Below, piece after piece: positions 1 to 12,377 of a stretch of DNA of 18,678 bases. Location: positions 1 through 18,678 of the forward strand of contig JANOTL010000184.1 of assembly GCA_031416315.1 (NCBI GenBank). Direction: 5' to 3'. Numbering within the stretch: the first letter of the stretch is position 1; the number at the start of each line of letters is the position of its first letter. The notes under the pieces are model-generated. The model did no database searches. It saw nothing but the letters and a program-made list of their open reading frames with translations, and was not told where the DNA came from. Position numbers and translations under genes: made by a program. The stretch is from Pseudomonadota bacterium. Lineage in GTDB: Bacteria > Bdellovibrionota_B > Oligoflexia > Oligoflexales > CAIYRB01.

Positions 1-1
1 T

Positions 2-1165
<1,164 letters not shown>

Positions 1166-1193
1166 GCGTGACTCGTGTACGACGCTAATGAGG

Positions 1194-1221
1194 AGCCCGC
1201 GCCAGAAGGCGCGGGCTTTTT
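1194..1221 (+). terminator. Rho-independent terminator after clpX
   Basis: 10-bp stem AGCCCGCGCC (1194-1203) / GGCGCGGGCT (1208-1217), AGAA loop, T-run 1217-1221. Confidence 0.85.
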
Positions 1222-1319
1222 CACATTACGGTTTCCAGCCCCTGTGCGCGGCCACGAGGATGCGATATGATCTCGGAAACCCCGCGCCGACACGAAGAAA
1301 TCGCTCGACCCTTCAGGGG

Positions 1320-1349
1320 CTTGAACCATAATCTTGCGCGATGCCATAG
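1320..1349 (+). promoter_or_regulatory. Putative sigma32 (RpoH)-type promoter of lon
   Basis: CTTGAA (1320-1325), 16 nt, then TGCCATAG (1342-1349), compared with consensus CTTGAA-N13-17-CCCCATNT. The -10 match is imperfect. lon is a classic RpoH-regulon gene. Confidence 0.45.
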
Positions 1350-1362
1350 GCGCGCGAGTGCC

Positions 1363-1369
1363 GAGGAGG
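1363..1369 (+). promoter_or_regulatory. Ribosome-binding site of lon
   Basis: GAGGAGG 7 nt upstream of ATG 1377. Confidence 0.8.
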
Positions 1370-1376
1370 CCCGTCC

Positions 1377-4052
<2,676 letters not shown>

Positions 4053-4086
4053 TCACGTTTTTGCTAGCAAATATATAGGCTTACAT

Positions 4087-4118
4087 GGGCCGCCCCTCCC
4101 GGGCGGCCCTCAATTTTT
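4087..4118 (+). terminator. Probable Rho-independent terminator after lon
   Basis: 9-bp all-GC stem GGGCCGCCC (4087-4095) / GGGCGGCCC (4101-4109), 5-nt loop, followed by TCAATTTTT. Confidence 0.65.
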
Positions 4119-4136
4119 CCGGCCGCTTGCCGATCA
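4110..4136 (+). promoter_or_regulatory. Putative sigma28 (FliA) promoter of the histidine kinase gene
   Basis: TCAA (4110-4113), exactly 15 nt, then GCCGATCA (4129-4136), compared with consensus TAAA-N15-GCCGATAA. It ends 30 nt upstream of ATG 4167. Confidence 0.6.
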
Positions 4137-4166
4137 AGAGGGCGAACTGGAACAGGATTTTGCGCC

Positions 4167-5315
4167 ATGGCTACACCGGCAAAGCGCGAAAAGCCGCGGA
4201 CTCAAGCCGAGCTGCTGCATTTCGTCGAAGAGCTCAAACGGCAATGGATGTCGACGATCGACGCCATGGTCGATCCGTTGATGATCGTCGGCCCCGACTT
4301 CGCCATCAAAAAGGCGAACCTCGCGCTAGCGCGGCACGCCGGGCTCGAGGTGAAGAAGGTCATCGGGAAGAAGTGCTACGCCGCCTTCGCGGGCCGGAAA
4401 TCGCCGTGCCCAGGCTGCAAGATCAAGGACACGCGCGGCGGGTCCGACACCAAGAACTTCAACCTGGAAGGCGTCCAGGGCGAGCGGTACTACGAGGTCA
4501 CCTCGCAGCCGATGACGGAGCTCGACGGGCCCTCGGTCGTCCACGTCTATCGCGACCGGACCGAAGCGAAGCGGCTCCAAATGCAGCTGGCGCAGCAAGA
4601 GAAGCTGGCGTCGATCGGCCTCCTCGCCGGCGGCGTCGCGCACGAGATCAATAACCCCCTTGGCGGCATCCTGATCTTCTCGCAGATGCTCCTGCGCGAG
4701 CTCGACAAAGAAAGCCCGCACTATCAGGACGTAGTCGAGATCGAGGCGGCGACGCAACGCTGCAAGGCGATCGTCGAGAGCCTGCTCGACTTCGCGCGGC
4801 AGAATCCGGGCGAAGGCAAGAAGCAGAAGATCGAGGAGATCTCGATCCTCGACGCCGTGCGCACGGCGATGCGCTTCGGTAAGGTCTCGATCAAGCCGGG
4901 CACGCAGGTCGACATCAAAGAAGAGTTCGGCGGCGAGCACATCGTCACCTTCGACCGGAACCGGCTCATCCAGCTCTTCCTCAACCTGATCCAGAACGCG
5001 CTGCAAGCGATGCCCGACGGCGGCACGTTGATGGTGCGCGCCAGCGCGGCAAAGCGCGGCGACAAGCACGTCGGCCTCTACGAGGTCGAGGACACGGGCG
5101 TTGGCATCGCGCCGGAGCATCTCGGCAAGATCTTCGACCCCTTCTTCACCACCAAGGACCCGGGCGAAGGCACGGGGCTCGGCCTCGCGCTCTGCTACGG
5201 CATCGTGCAGGACCTAGGCGGCGCCTTGCGGGTCGAGAGCAACCTCAACGTCGGGACGCGCTTCTTCATCGAAATTCCTTTGGTCGGGGCCCGGACCCTG
5301 AAAACGTCCGCCTGA
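4167..5315 (+). CDS. Cytoplasmic PAS-domain sensor histidine kinase (NtrB-like HisKA + HATPase_c), 382 aa
   Basis: PAS-like N-terminus ([15 protein letters not shown]...ANLAL...YRDRTE), H-box [22 protein letters not shown]-box [11 protein letters not shown]1 DTGVGI, F-box [10 protein letters not shown]2 GTGLGL. No TM segment. AGGA RBS upstream. Confidence 0.95.
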   Translation: MATPAKREKPRTQAELLHFVEELKRQWMSTIDAMVDPLMIVGPDFAIKKANLALARHAGLEVKKVIGKKCYAAFAGRKSPCPGCKIKDTRGGSDTKNFNLEGVQGERYYEVTSQPMTELDGPSVVHVYRDRTEAKRLQMQLAQQEKLASIGLLAGGVAHEINNPLGGILIFSQMLLRELDKESPHYQDVVEIEAATQRCKAIVESLLDFARQNPGEGKKQKIEEISILDAVRTAMRFGKVSIKPGTQVDIKEEFGGEHIVTFDRNRLIQLFLNLIQNALQAMPDGGTLMVRASAAKRGDKHVGLYEVEDTGVGIAPEHLGKIFDPFFTTKDPGEGTGLGLALCYGIVQDLGGALRVESNLNVGTRFFIEIPLVGARTLKTSA

Positions 5316-5357
5316 GTCGGACCTAAGCTAGACCCGAGGTAGAAAGGAAGGAAGCGC

Positions 5358-7856
5358 GTGCGACGTCTTTTGGCCCTGGCCTTCGGCCTGAGCTTGGTGA
5401 TGGCGCTGGAGCTGGCGGCCGGCGCCGGATTCTTCGCGGCCTTCGCCAAAGGGACGCTCCCGGCCCGCGCCTTCCCACTCTTGGCGCTTCTCGTCGCCAC
5501 CGGGGTCGTCGCGGTCATCCACGCCTTTGCCGCGACGGTCCGCCAGGGGCCGACGCGTCTCGCCAGCGCGATCGCGGCGGCCGCCTGTGCCTCCCTGGCA
5601 GGCTTGGAAGCCGGTCGCGCCGGTCAGGCGATTCCGGGCGCCTTCCACTTCGCCTTCAGCCTCATCGCGGACCTCGGCTTCGCCTGGGGCGCGACCTTCG
5701 CGTTCACGCATTCGCTGAAGCTCTCCGGTCCGTGGGCGACGCGGCCGCCGGTGGCCGCGGCCGCGGCGGTCCTGGCCTATGCCGGACTCGGCTTTCTCAC
5801 GCAGAGCTTCGTGCCGCTGGAAATCTCCGCGATCCGCCTCGCGTTCGTGCGCGATCTCGGGATCTTCGCGGCCGCCGCGGCGACGCTCGGCGCGGTTGCG
5901 TTCGCACGGGCTCTGCGCCTGGACCCGAAAAGCGCCAAAGAGTCCTTGATTTTGCGCCTGCCCGACCGCCACGATCTGATGGACGGGACGACGGGACACC
6001 TTACCTTCGTCCTGCTCGCCGGCGGCATCGCGCTCTCGCCTTTGGTCCAGCTGATCCTGCGCCTGACGGCGGGCGAAGTGCCGGAGCTGGGCCGCGCGGC
6101 GCTCGGCGTCGTCAGCGTCGCCTGGGTCGCGTTCGCTTTCCTCGCCTACCGCGAGCTTGGGACCGTGAGCAAAGAGACGCGGCATGGGCAAGTGACGGCG
6201 CGCCTCACCTCCCCCTCCGCACGGAAGTTCCTGGCGCGGCACATGGGGAACGACAGCGCCTGGGCGGCCACCGTTGGCCTCAAGACGGCGAACTTCGTCA
6301 TCGACCATGATCCGGACGGCTATCTGCATGCGAAGCTGCCGGCCTCGATCATGCAGCTTAGGGCCGAGGAGATCCGGCGCTCGGTCGACGTGGTCCTCGG
6401 ACCGATGCACCTGCACGGCAACGCGGTCGGCCATCGCATCAGCGGCGCGCTCGACCCGGAGGCCTCCCTCAGGCCGTGCATCGACTCGCTGAAGCTCTTC
6501 TCGAGCCTTTATCTCGATGCGGGTCCCCTCGTCGAGCGCCGTATCAACGGGCTCGCGGCGCTCTTGCCGATCGTCGATCCGGGCCTGGCGAAGCTGGTGA
6601 AAGAGCGGGATCTCGCCGGGCTCATGCGGCGGAACCTGTGGTTCTTCCACTTCGACTTCGGTTGGATTGACCAGCACGTCGTGCACACGCAGCGCGCGAC
6701 CCGCTACGAGGTGCGGATGGCGACGCTGCCGTCGCGCGTGCGCCACGCGATGATGGACCACCTGACGCGCACCGGGGGCGTCGGCAACTTCGTCTGGCTC
6801 GGACCCGAAGCGCGCGACCGCATCGTCCAGGAAGCGCCGACCATGGCGCACATCATCGAGGCCTGTCCTATCCAAGGCGCGGGCGGGAAAGACGGCTCCG
6901 ACGAGCTCCTGATGTTCATGATCAAGTTCGAGCAGCTGATTCCGCGCCTCCAGCGCTACTACGATCTCGACTCCATGCGTCGCGAGCTGATCGACTTCGA
7001 GCCGAGCCACGAGAGCTCGCGACTGCACGCGCTCCTCAAGCTGCAGATCACGAAGGCGCAGAATGCCACCGCTTTGATCGAAGTCCTGACGAGCATCTCG
7101 ACCGTCCCCTGGAAGGGCTTCAAGGAGAAAGACAACGCGCTTCAGCTCGTGCTCGCCGTGTACGGCCATGCGCGCGAGGCTCTGGGCGGGGGCGAGTTCC
7201 TTCTCGAGGCGAAGGACGCGAAAATGCACGTTTTGCACGAAAAGCTGCTCGACGCGGTGCGGCTCGTCGGCTATCCGAGCCAGATCCTGCACGACGCCCA
7301 GAGGGACAAGCTGGCGCTGCGCGACGTGCCGAAGTTGATCGAGGTCGCGAAGGATCCGAAGCATCCACGGTTCCACGAAGCCTGGATCCTGGCGTCGACG
7401 ACGGAGTTCCACCGCCATCCGGCGGAGCGGCGCCTCGAGATGCTCCGGTTCCTGACGGCCGTCGGCCAAAATCCGGAGCTGAAGAACGACGCCTTGGTGC
7501 AGGCAAAGACCGTCGACTCCCTGTGCGGCCTCGCGCGCGCGGCGCATGCGGGTGCCCCTTCGGTCGCGGAGCTAGCGGCAATGGGCGCAGCCTTCGAGGC
7601 GACCGGCAAGTGGTTCGCGGCCGAGCACGTCGAGCCGGACACCTGCGTCCTCCTCCTCGATGCACGCGCGTTCGTGCTGCAGCACCTGCGCGGCGAAGTC
7701 AATTTCAGCGACACGACGGCAAAGGCCTTGGACGAGACCTTCAAGAAGCACGTCGAAGAGCTCGGGGCGCAGCATCCGAAGGTGGCGACGCTGCTTTCGC
7801 GCTGGCAGGAGCAACGGCAGAAAATCGAGAAAAAAGCCTCGCCTTCGGCCGCGTGA
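5358..7856 (+). CDS. Multi-pass membrane protein (~8 TM) with degenerate class III adenylate/guanylate cyclase-like domain and helical C-terminal region, 832 aa
   Basis: GTG start after AAAGGAAGGAAG. The first ~270 aa hold about 8 hydrophobic segments. The central part follows the cyclase pattern (NFVIDHD...KLP...VGH...GNFVWLGPEARDRI...GK...LLMFMI). The ORF is solid; the cyclase-like assignment is a by-eye alignment. Confidence 0.7.
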   Translation: MRRLLALAFGLSLVMALELAAGAGFFAAFAKGTLPARAFPLLALLVATGVVAVIHAFAATVRQGPTRLASAIAAAACASLAGLEAGRAGQAIPGAFHFAFSLIADLGFAWGATFAFTHSLKLSGPWATRPPVAAAAAVLAYAGLGFLTQSFVPLEISAIRLAFVRDLGIFAAAAATLGAVAFARALRLDPKSAKESLILRLPDRHDLMDGTTGHLTFVLLAGGIALSPLVQLILRLTAGEVPELGRAALGVVSVAWVAFAFLAYRELGTVSKETRHGQVTARLTSPSARKFLARHMGNDSAWAATVGLKTANFVIDHDPDGYLHAKLPASIMQLRAEEIRRSVDVVLGPMHLHGNAVGHRISGALDPEASLRPCIDSLKLFSSLYLDAGPLVERRINGLAALLPIVDPGLAKLVKERDLAGLMRRNLWFFHFDFGWIDQHVVHTQRATRYEVRMATLPSRVRHAMMDHLTRTGGVGNFVWLGPEARDRIVQEAPTMAHIIEACPIQGAGGKDGSDELLMFMIKFEQLIPRLQRYYDLDSMRRELIDFEPSHESSRLHALLKLQITKAQNATALIEVLTSISTVPWKGFKEKDNALQLVLAVYGHAREALGGGEFLLEAKDAKMHVLHEKLLDAVRLVGYPSQILHDAQRDKLALRDVPKLIEVAKDPKHPRFHEAWILASTTEFHRHPAERRLEMLRFLTAVGQNPELKNDALVQAKTVDSLCGLARAAHAGAPSVAELAAMGAAFEATGKWFAAEHVEPDTCVLLLDARAFVLQHLRGEVNFSDTTAKALDETFKKHVEELGAQHPKVATLLSRWQEQRQKIEKKASPSAA

Positions 7857-7909
7857 TTTTTCTCACGGAGTTGTAGAAATTCTCATGGTGGGTGGCGCAG
7901 AATGGGGGC

Positions 7910-9289
7910 ATGCGTCGCTTCCTCGGATTCGCCCTCGTCGCAGGGTTTCAGCTGTTCCTGCCCGCTCTTTCCGCCTCGGCGGAGACGGTGGCCTGGGACA
8001 ATCTCGCCGCGCTCTTTCGCGAGCGCTATGCGACGCGCGCGCCTGAGCGCGTCGACGCCTCGATCGCCGAGCTAGAGGAGAGGGTGGGCCCGGGATTCAA
8101 GCTCGATCCGGTCGTACGGGCGAGCCTCGAGCGCGTGGACGGCGAGAAGCGGCTGGCGACGAGCGTGACGCAAGGCTCGCCCTACGGCACCGAGCTCTCG
8201 GTGCGCCGCTCGAGCTCGGAATCGGGATCTTCCGTCGGGCTCGCCATCTCGCAGAAGCTCCTGAAGGGCGGGCCTTTCGCCGGCTTTCCCGAGGATCTGA
8301 CCTTCGAGCTGAGCTACGAGCTCGCGATGAGCAAGATCAAGCGACGCGAAGACGAGCTCCTGCGCGACGCGTTTGCGGCGCTAGCGGCGGCCGAGGCAGC
8401 GGCGGAGTCTCTGGACGCCGCAAAGCGCTCGCTCACGAACGCCGAGGACCAGAACCGCGCGGTGAAGGAGCTCGTGCAGTCCGGCTACAAGCCGAAAGCC
8501 GATTTGATCGTCGCCGAGCAGGCGCAACTGCGAGCGCGGCAGAACGTCGGCGACGCGACGGCCGACGTGGCCGAGACGCGGCGGAAGCTGGCTTTAGCCT
8601 TGTTCGACGCGCCGGAGAGCGCGGCGTTTGCGCTCGCGCCGACCCTGCCGCTCGAGGCAGGCCGCGCGGTCCTGTCGGAGCGCCTCGCGCCACTAGCGGC
8701 CGTCACTTGGCCGGCAAAGACGCCGCGCTTGCGCGAGGCGGAGATCGAGGCGGAGCTGGCGCGGACGCGGGCGACCATCGCCTCGCGTGACGAGCTTCCG
8801 GATCTGGCGCTTTCGTACGGTGTCGAGCGTGGCCAGCGCGACTTGGGGTCAAAAGCTTTGCCTCTTGGCGCGTCGGGGTACGGCGACTACGAGCAAAAGA
8901 CGATCGGACTCGCGTTCTCGATGCCGCTCGTCTCGGGAATTCGTCGCGACCAGGCGCAGCTCGCGGGCACACAGAAGACGCGCGCCGAGGCGATCTTGGC
9001 GCAGACGGCGCGGGAGACGACCGCGAGCAAGATGACGCTAGAGGACAAAAAGCAGCTCGGGCTCGGGGCGCTCGCCGCGGCCGAGCGCCTCGCGGAGCTC
9101 GCGACGCTTTCCCTCGGCATCGAAAAGCAAAAGTATGCCGACGGCAAGGCGACGATTGCGGACGTGCGGCGAGTGCAGGAAGAAGAAGGGACGGCGGTGC
9201 GCACCTTGCTCGCGGCGCGACGTGACGCCCTGCTGGCGCACCTCGATTGGGCGCTTGCGACGGGCGCGCTCGGGAAGACCTTGAAATGA
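7910..9289 (+). CDS. TolC-family outer membrane efflux protein, ~459 aa
   Basis: ATG 7910 gives a Sec signal peptide (MRRFLGFALVAGFQLFLPALSASA|E). Two OEP-like repeats (GLAISQKLLKG...; RDELPDLALS...GLAFSMPL...KYADGKATIADV...LALATG). Stop overlaps the next ATG (ATGA). Alternative start is GTG 7892. Confidence 0.85.
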   Translation: MRRFLGFALVAGFQLFLPALSASAETVAWDNLAALFRERYATRAPERVDASIAELEERVGPGFKLDPVVRASLERVDGEKRLATSVTQGSPYGTELSVRRSSSESGSSVGLAISQKLLKGGPFAGFPEDLTFELSYELAMSKIKRREDELLRDAFAALAAAEAAAESLDAAKRSLTNAEDQNRAVKELVQSGYKPKADLIVAEQAQLRARQNVGDATADVAETRRKLALALFDAPESAAFALAPTLPLEAGRAVLSERLAPLAAVTWPAKTPRLREAEIEAELARTRATIASRDELPDLALSYGVERGQRDLGSKALPLGASGYGDYEQKTIGLAFSMPLVSGIRRDQAQLAGTQKTRAEAILAQTARETTASKMTLEDKKQLGLGALAAAERLAELATLSLGIEKQKYADGKATIADVRRVQEEEGTAVRTLLAARRDALLAHLDWALATGALGKTLK

Positions 9290-9963
9290 GCCTGCTCGAG
9301 CTCGCCTCGATCGAGAAGACTTACGGCGAAGGCGATGGCGCGGTGCGCGCCCTGCGCGGAATCGACCTCAATGTCGAGGCGGGCGAGACCCTGGCGATCC
9401 TCGGCGCCTCCGGCTCCGGCAAGAGCACCCTCCTGCAAATCCTCGGTTGCTTGGATCGCGCCACGGCCGGCACCTACAAGCTCGCGGGAGTCGACGCTTT
9501 CCGGCTCGACGATGACGCCCTGAGCGAGCTGCGAGGGCGTAAAATTGGTTTTGTTTTTCAGGCCTTCCATCTCTTCGATCGCATGAGCCTGGTCGACAAC
9601 GTGGCGCTACCCTTGAGTTATCAGGGCGTCGGTCTCGAGGCAAGGCGGGCGCGGGCGCGCGAGGCGCTGGAGGTCGTGCGGCTCGGACACCGCGTCGAGC
9701 ATCGCCCGCATCAGCTCTCCGGCGGCGAGAAGCAGCGTGGCGCGATCGCGCGGGCGATCGTGCACAAGCCGCCCTTGATCCTCGCCGACGAGCCGACGGG
9801 AAACCTCGACTCGGCCGTGAAGGGGGAAATCCTCGAATTCCTCGCGGAGCTGAACAAAACGCTCGGCGTCACCGTCATTCTGGTGACGCACGATGCGCCA
9901 ACGGCGGCGTGGGCGGCCCGGCGCGTGCTGATCCGCGACGGCAAGATCGCGGAGGGCTCCTGA
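9286..9963 (+). CDS. ABC transporter ATP-binding protein (MacB/LolD-type NBD), 225 aa
   Basis: Walker A GASGSGKST, IGFVFQAFHL Q-loop, LSGGEKQR signature, ILADEPTGNLD, VTHD. ATG 9286 overlaps the tolC-like stop. Confidence 0.95.
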   Translation: MSLLELASIEKTYGEGDGAVRALRGIDLNVEAGETLAILGASGSGKSTLLQILGCLDRATAGTYKLAGVDAFRLDDDALSELRGRKIGFVFQAFHLFDRMSLVDNVALPLSYQGVGLEARRARAREALEVVRLGHRVEHRPHQLSGGEKQRGAIARAIVHKPPLILADEPTGNLDSAVKGEILEFLAELNKTLGVTVILVTHDAPTAAWAARRVLIRDGKIAEGS

Positions 9964-10979
9964 TGCGCGCACACGCGCTCGCGCTCGCGCTCGTCCTGAA
10001 CGCAGCGACCGCCTCGACGTCCCGCGCGACGGCGCCGCCGCGCGAGGAGCCGATTCGCATGCCCGGTTTCCTGCGGGCGAAGATGAGCGAGTCGATCCGC
10101 CCACCAAGCTCCGGCGACGAATGGAGCTACACGGTGATGCAACTCGCGCCCGAAGGGCAGCGCGTGGAAGCCGGAGCGGTCGTGGCGAAGCTCGAGGGCG
10201 AGAACCTGAAAAAACGCCTCGTCGAGGTGAAGAGCCGGGTGATGGAGGACCGCGTCAAGGCGGAATCCAAGGTCAACGAGCTGAAGACGGCGATCGACGG
10301 CTTGAAGAAGCAGGTCGGCGACGACGAGAAGGAGCTGTCCTTGGTCGCGGCGGCGGGCGACGCGCCGGCCGCCTCGGCCGAATGGATCCAGTCGGCGCGC
10401 GACCGCTTGATCGAGAAGCTGGACCTCGAGTCGCGGCAACTGAAGCTCACCATCTCGCGGCAGAAGCTCGCCCGGAAGGAGGGGCTCCTGGCCACCGCCG
10501 AGGCCTCGAATCTCAAGACCGAGTCGGTGAACGCCACGAGCGTCAAGAAGATCGAGACCGCGATGGAAGAGGGTGAGCGCAAGACAACGCGCTCGGGCAT
10601 CGTCGTGTACAAGCGCTCGCCGTGGGAGCGCCGCAAGGTGCGGATCGGCGCCGCGGTGCATCGCGGTTCGGAGGTCCTCGCGGTCGTCGACGACAAGAAT
10701 CTGTACGTCGACGCCTTCCTGAAGGAGGAGGACTGGCGCTTTCTCGAGGCGGGGCGCCAGGCGACGGTGAAGATCCTCGGGCGTCGCGAGATCACCGTGC
10801 CGGCGAAAGTCGCGCGCATCAGCGCGATCGTGCTCAGGGCGAGCGACTGGGACCGCTCGCTGGCGAACTCGCATCCCTTGTTTCAGACGCGCGTCTTCAA
10901 GGTCGAGCTCGAGCTCGAGCACGTGCCCGACGAGGCCAAGCCGGAGGGCGAGGTCGAAGTCGAGGTGAGCCTCGAATGA
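9963..10979 (+). CDS. Periplasmic adaptor (MacA/HlyD-like membrane fusion protein) 1, 338 aa
   Basis: TGATG overlap with the ATPase. Short N-terminal hydrophobic signal, lipoyl half-motifs (APEGQRVEAGAVVAKL; SGIVVY...VRIGAAVHRGSEVL), long coiled coil, beta-barrel (LYVDAFLKEEDW...AKVARIS...FKVELEL). Confidence 0.85.
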   Translation: MRAHALALALVLNAATASTSRATAPPREEPIRMPGFLRAKMSESIRPPSSGDEWSYTVMQLAPEGQRVEAGAVVAKLEGENLKKRLVEVKSRVMEDRVKAESKVNELKTAIDGLKKQVGDDEKELSLVAAAGDAPAASAEWIQSARDRLIEKLDLESRQLKLTISRQKLARKEGLLATAEASNLKTESVNATSVKKIETAMEEGERKTTRSGIVVYKRSPWERRKVRIGAAVHRGSEVLAVVDDKNLYVDAFLKEEDWRFLEAGRQATVKILGRREITVPAKVARISAIVLRASDWDRSLANSHPLFQTRVFKVELELEHVPDEAKPEGEVEVEVSLE

Positions 10980-12376
10980 AGTTCGCCTTTCAGCTGAAAG
11001 AGAGCCTCGTCTCGCTGACGACCAACCCCCTGCGCTCGGGGCTGAGCATCGTCGGCGTCGTGTTCGGCGTCGCCTCGGTCGTCGCGATGCTGGCGATCGG
11101 GATGGGCGCCGAGCGCGAGGTCGAGAAGCTGCTTGACGCGCTCGGAGCGCGGAACGTGCACGTGGTCGCGAACGACCTGGACGAGGACGGCTGGAACCGG
11201 GTCCTGAAGCAAACGGTCGGGCTCGGCGCTCGCGATCTGGCGCTGGCGCAGGAGCTCTTTCCGCAGGCCGAAGCGCTGGCCCTTGCCGTATGGCGGGTGA
11301 CGGATGCGACCAAGCCTTTGCTCAAGACGAAGCTCGACGTGTACGGCGTCGGCGCCGGGTGGCGGCGCGTCTTAGGCGGCAGCGTCATCGCTGGGCGCTC
11401 GTTTACGCCGCGTGAGGACGCGCGCGGAAGGCCCGTGGCATTGATCGGATCGGCCTTGGCACGGCGCTGGTTCGGGCGGGATCCCGAAGCTGCGGTCGGG
11501 CAGACGGTGCGGCTGGAGCGGACTTGGCTCACGGTGATCGGGGTTTTGGAGCAGAGCCCGGCGGCGGCGGCGGAGCAGCGGGAGCGGGAAGAGCAAGAGG
11601 AAGAGGAAGGCGAGGGAGTCGCGACGGGCGTGAGCACAGGGACGGGCACGTCGACGACTTCGCCTGCGTCTTCGTCAACGAGCGCGAGCGCGGGTAAGGG
11701 CTTTGCGGCTGAGAGGCCCTCGGATTCCAGTGGCGGAGCCAAGATACGTCTGCTCGACCTCGACGAGTCCGTGTTGGTCCCGCTGCACGCCGGCTCCTTG
11801 CGTCTCGGCCCTCGCGGGGCGCTCGGCTCCTTCGAGCGCATCGTAGTGAAGCTTCCCGACGGCGAGGACCCGATCGCTTCGCGTCGGGCCTTGGAATCGC
11901 GCTTGAGTTCGCTCCACCGCGGCGCCGAGGTCGTGACCGTGACGTCGGCGGATGAGGTGATCGAACAAAAACGCTCGACGACGCGGCTCTTCTCCTATTT
12001 TCTTCTCGCAATCGCGCTCATCTCCCTCGTCGTCGGCGGCATCGGCATCGCCAACGTCATGCTGGCCAGCATGGTCGAGCGCATCCGCGAGGTCGGTCTG
12101 CGCCGCGCCATCGGCGCCAAGAGGCGCCACATCCTCTTCCAGTTCCTGTCCGAGGCCTTGACGATTTGCCTCGTCGGCGGCCTCATCGGCGGCGGCGCCG
12201 GCATGGGGGTCGCGGCGGCCTGCGCCTGGCTTACGGGATGGCACGCCGTCTATCCGTGGTGGGCGATCCTCGTCGCGATGGCGATCGCCACCGTCGTCGG
12301 CACGCTCGCCGGGCTCTATCCCGCGCTCGCCGCCTCGCGCATCAGTCCGATCGAAGCCTTGCAAGGGAGGGCCTGA
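10976..12376 (+). CDS. MacB/FtsX-family ABC transporter permease, 466 aa
   Basis: ATGA overlap. TM1 NPLRSGLSIVGVVFGVASVVAMLAIG, periplasmic domain (GRSFT, VALIG, TVIGVL), FtsX domain ISLVVGGIGIANVMLASMVERIREVGLRRAIGA...GLYPA...ISPIEAL. Confidence 0.95.
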   Translation: MKFAFQLKESLVSLTTNPLRSGLSIVGVVFGVASVVAMLAIGMGAEREVEKLLDALGARNVHVVANDLDEDGWNRVLKQTVGLGARDLALAQELFPQAEALALAVWRVTDATKPLLKTKLDVYGVGAGWRRVLGGSVIAGRSFTPREDARGRPVALIGSALARRWFGRDPEAAVGQTVRLERTWLTVIGVLEQSPAAAAEQREREEQEEEEGEGVATGVSTGTGTSTTSPASSSTSASAGKGFAAERPSDSSGGAKIRLLDLDESVLVPLHAGSLRLGPRGALGSFERIVVKLPDGEDPIASRRALESRLSSLHRGAEVVTVTSADEVIEQKRSTTRLFSYFLLAIALISLVVGGIGIANVMLASMVERIREVGLRRAIGAKRRHILFQFLSEALTICLVGGLIGGGAGMGVAAACAWLTGWHAVYPWWAILVAMAIATVVGTLAGLYPALAASRISPIEALQGRA

Positions 12377-12377
12377 G

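Noticed and set aside
7898..7912. CAGAAT-GGGGGC-ATG before the tolC-like gene, echoing the leaderless layout at 17901
   Set aside because: The -10 lacks the first T and there is no -35 or extended -10 at proper spacing; too weak to call.
10622..10975. Extended upstream starts given by the ORF track (10622 permease; also 9247, 9909, 17728)
   Set aside because: The extensions overlap upstream genes and are not homologous. Starts at 10976, 9286, 9963 and 17704 give stop/start overlaps and sensible N-termini.
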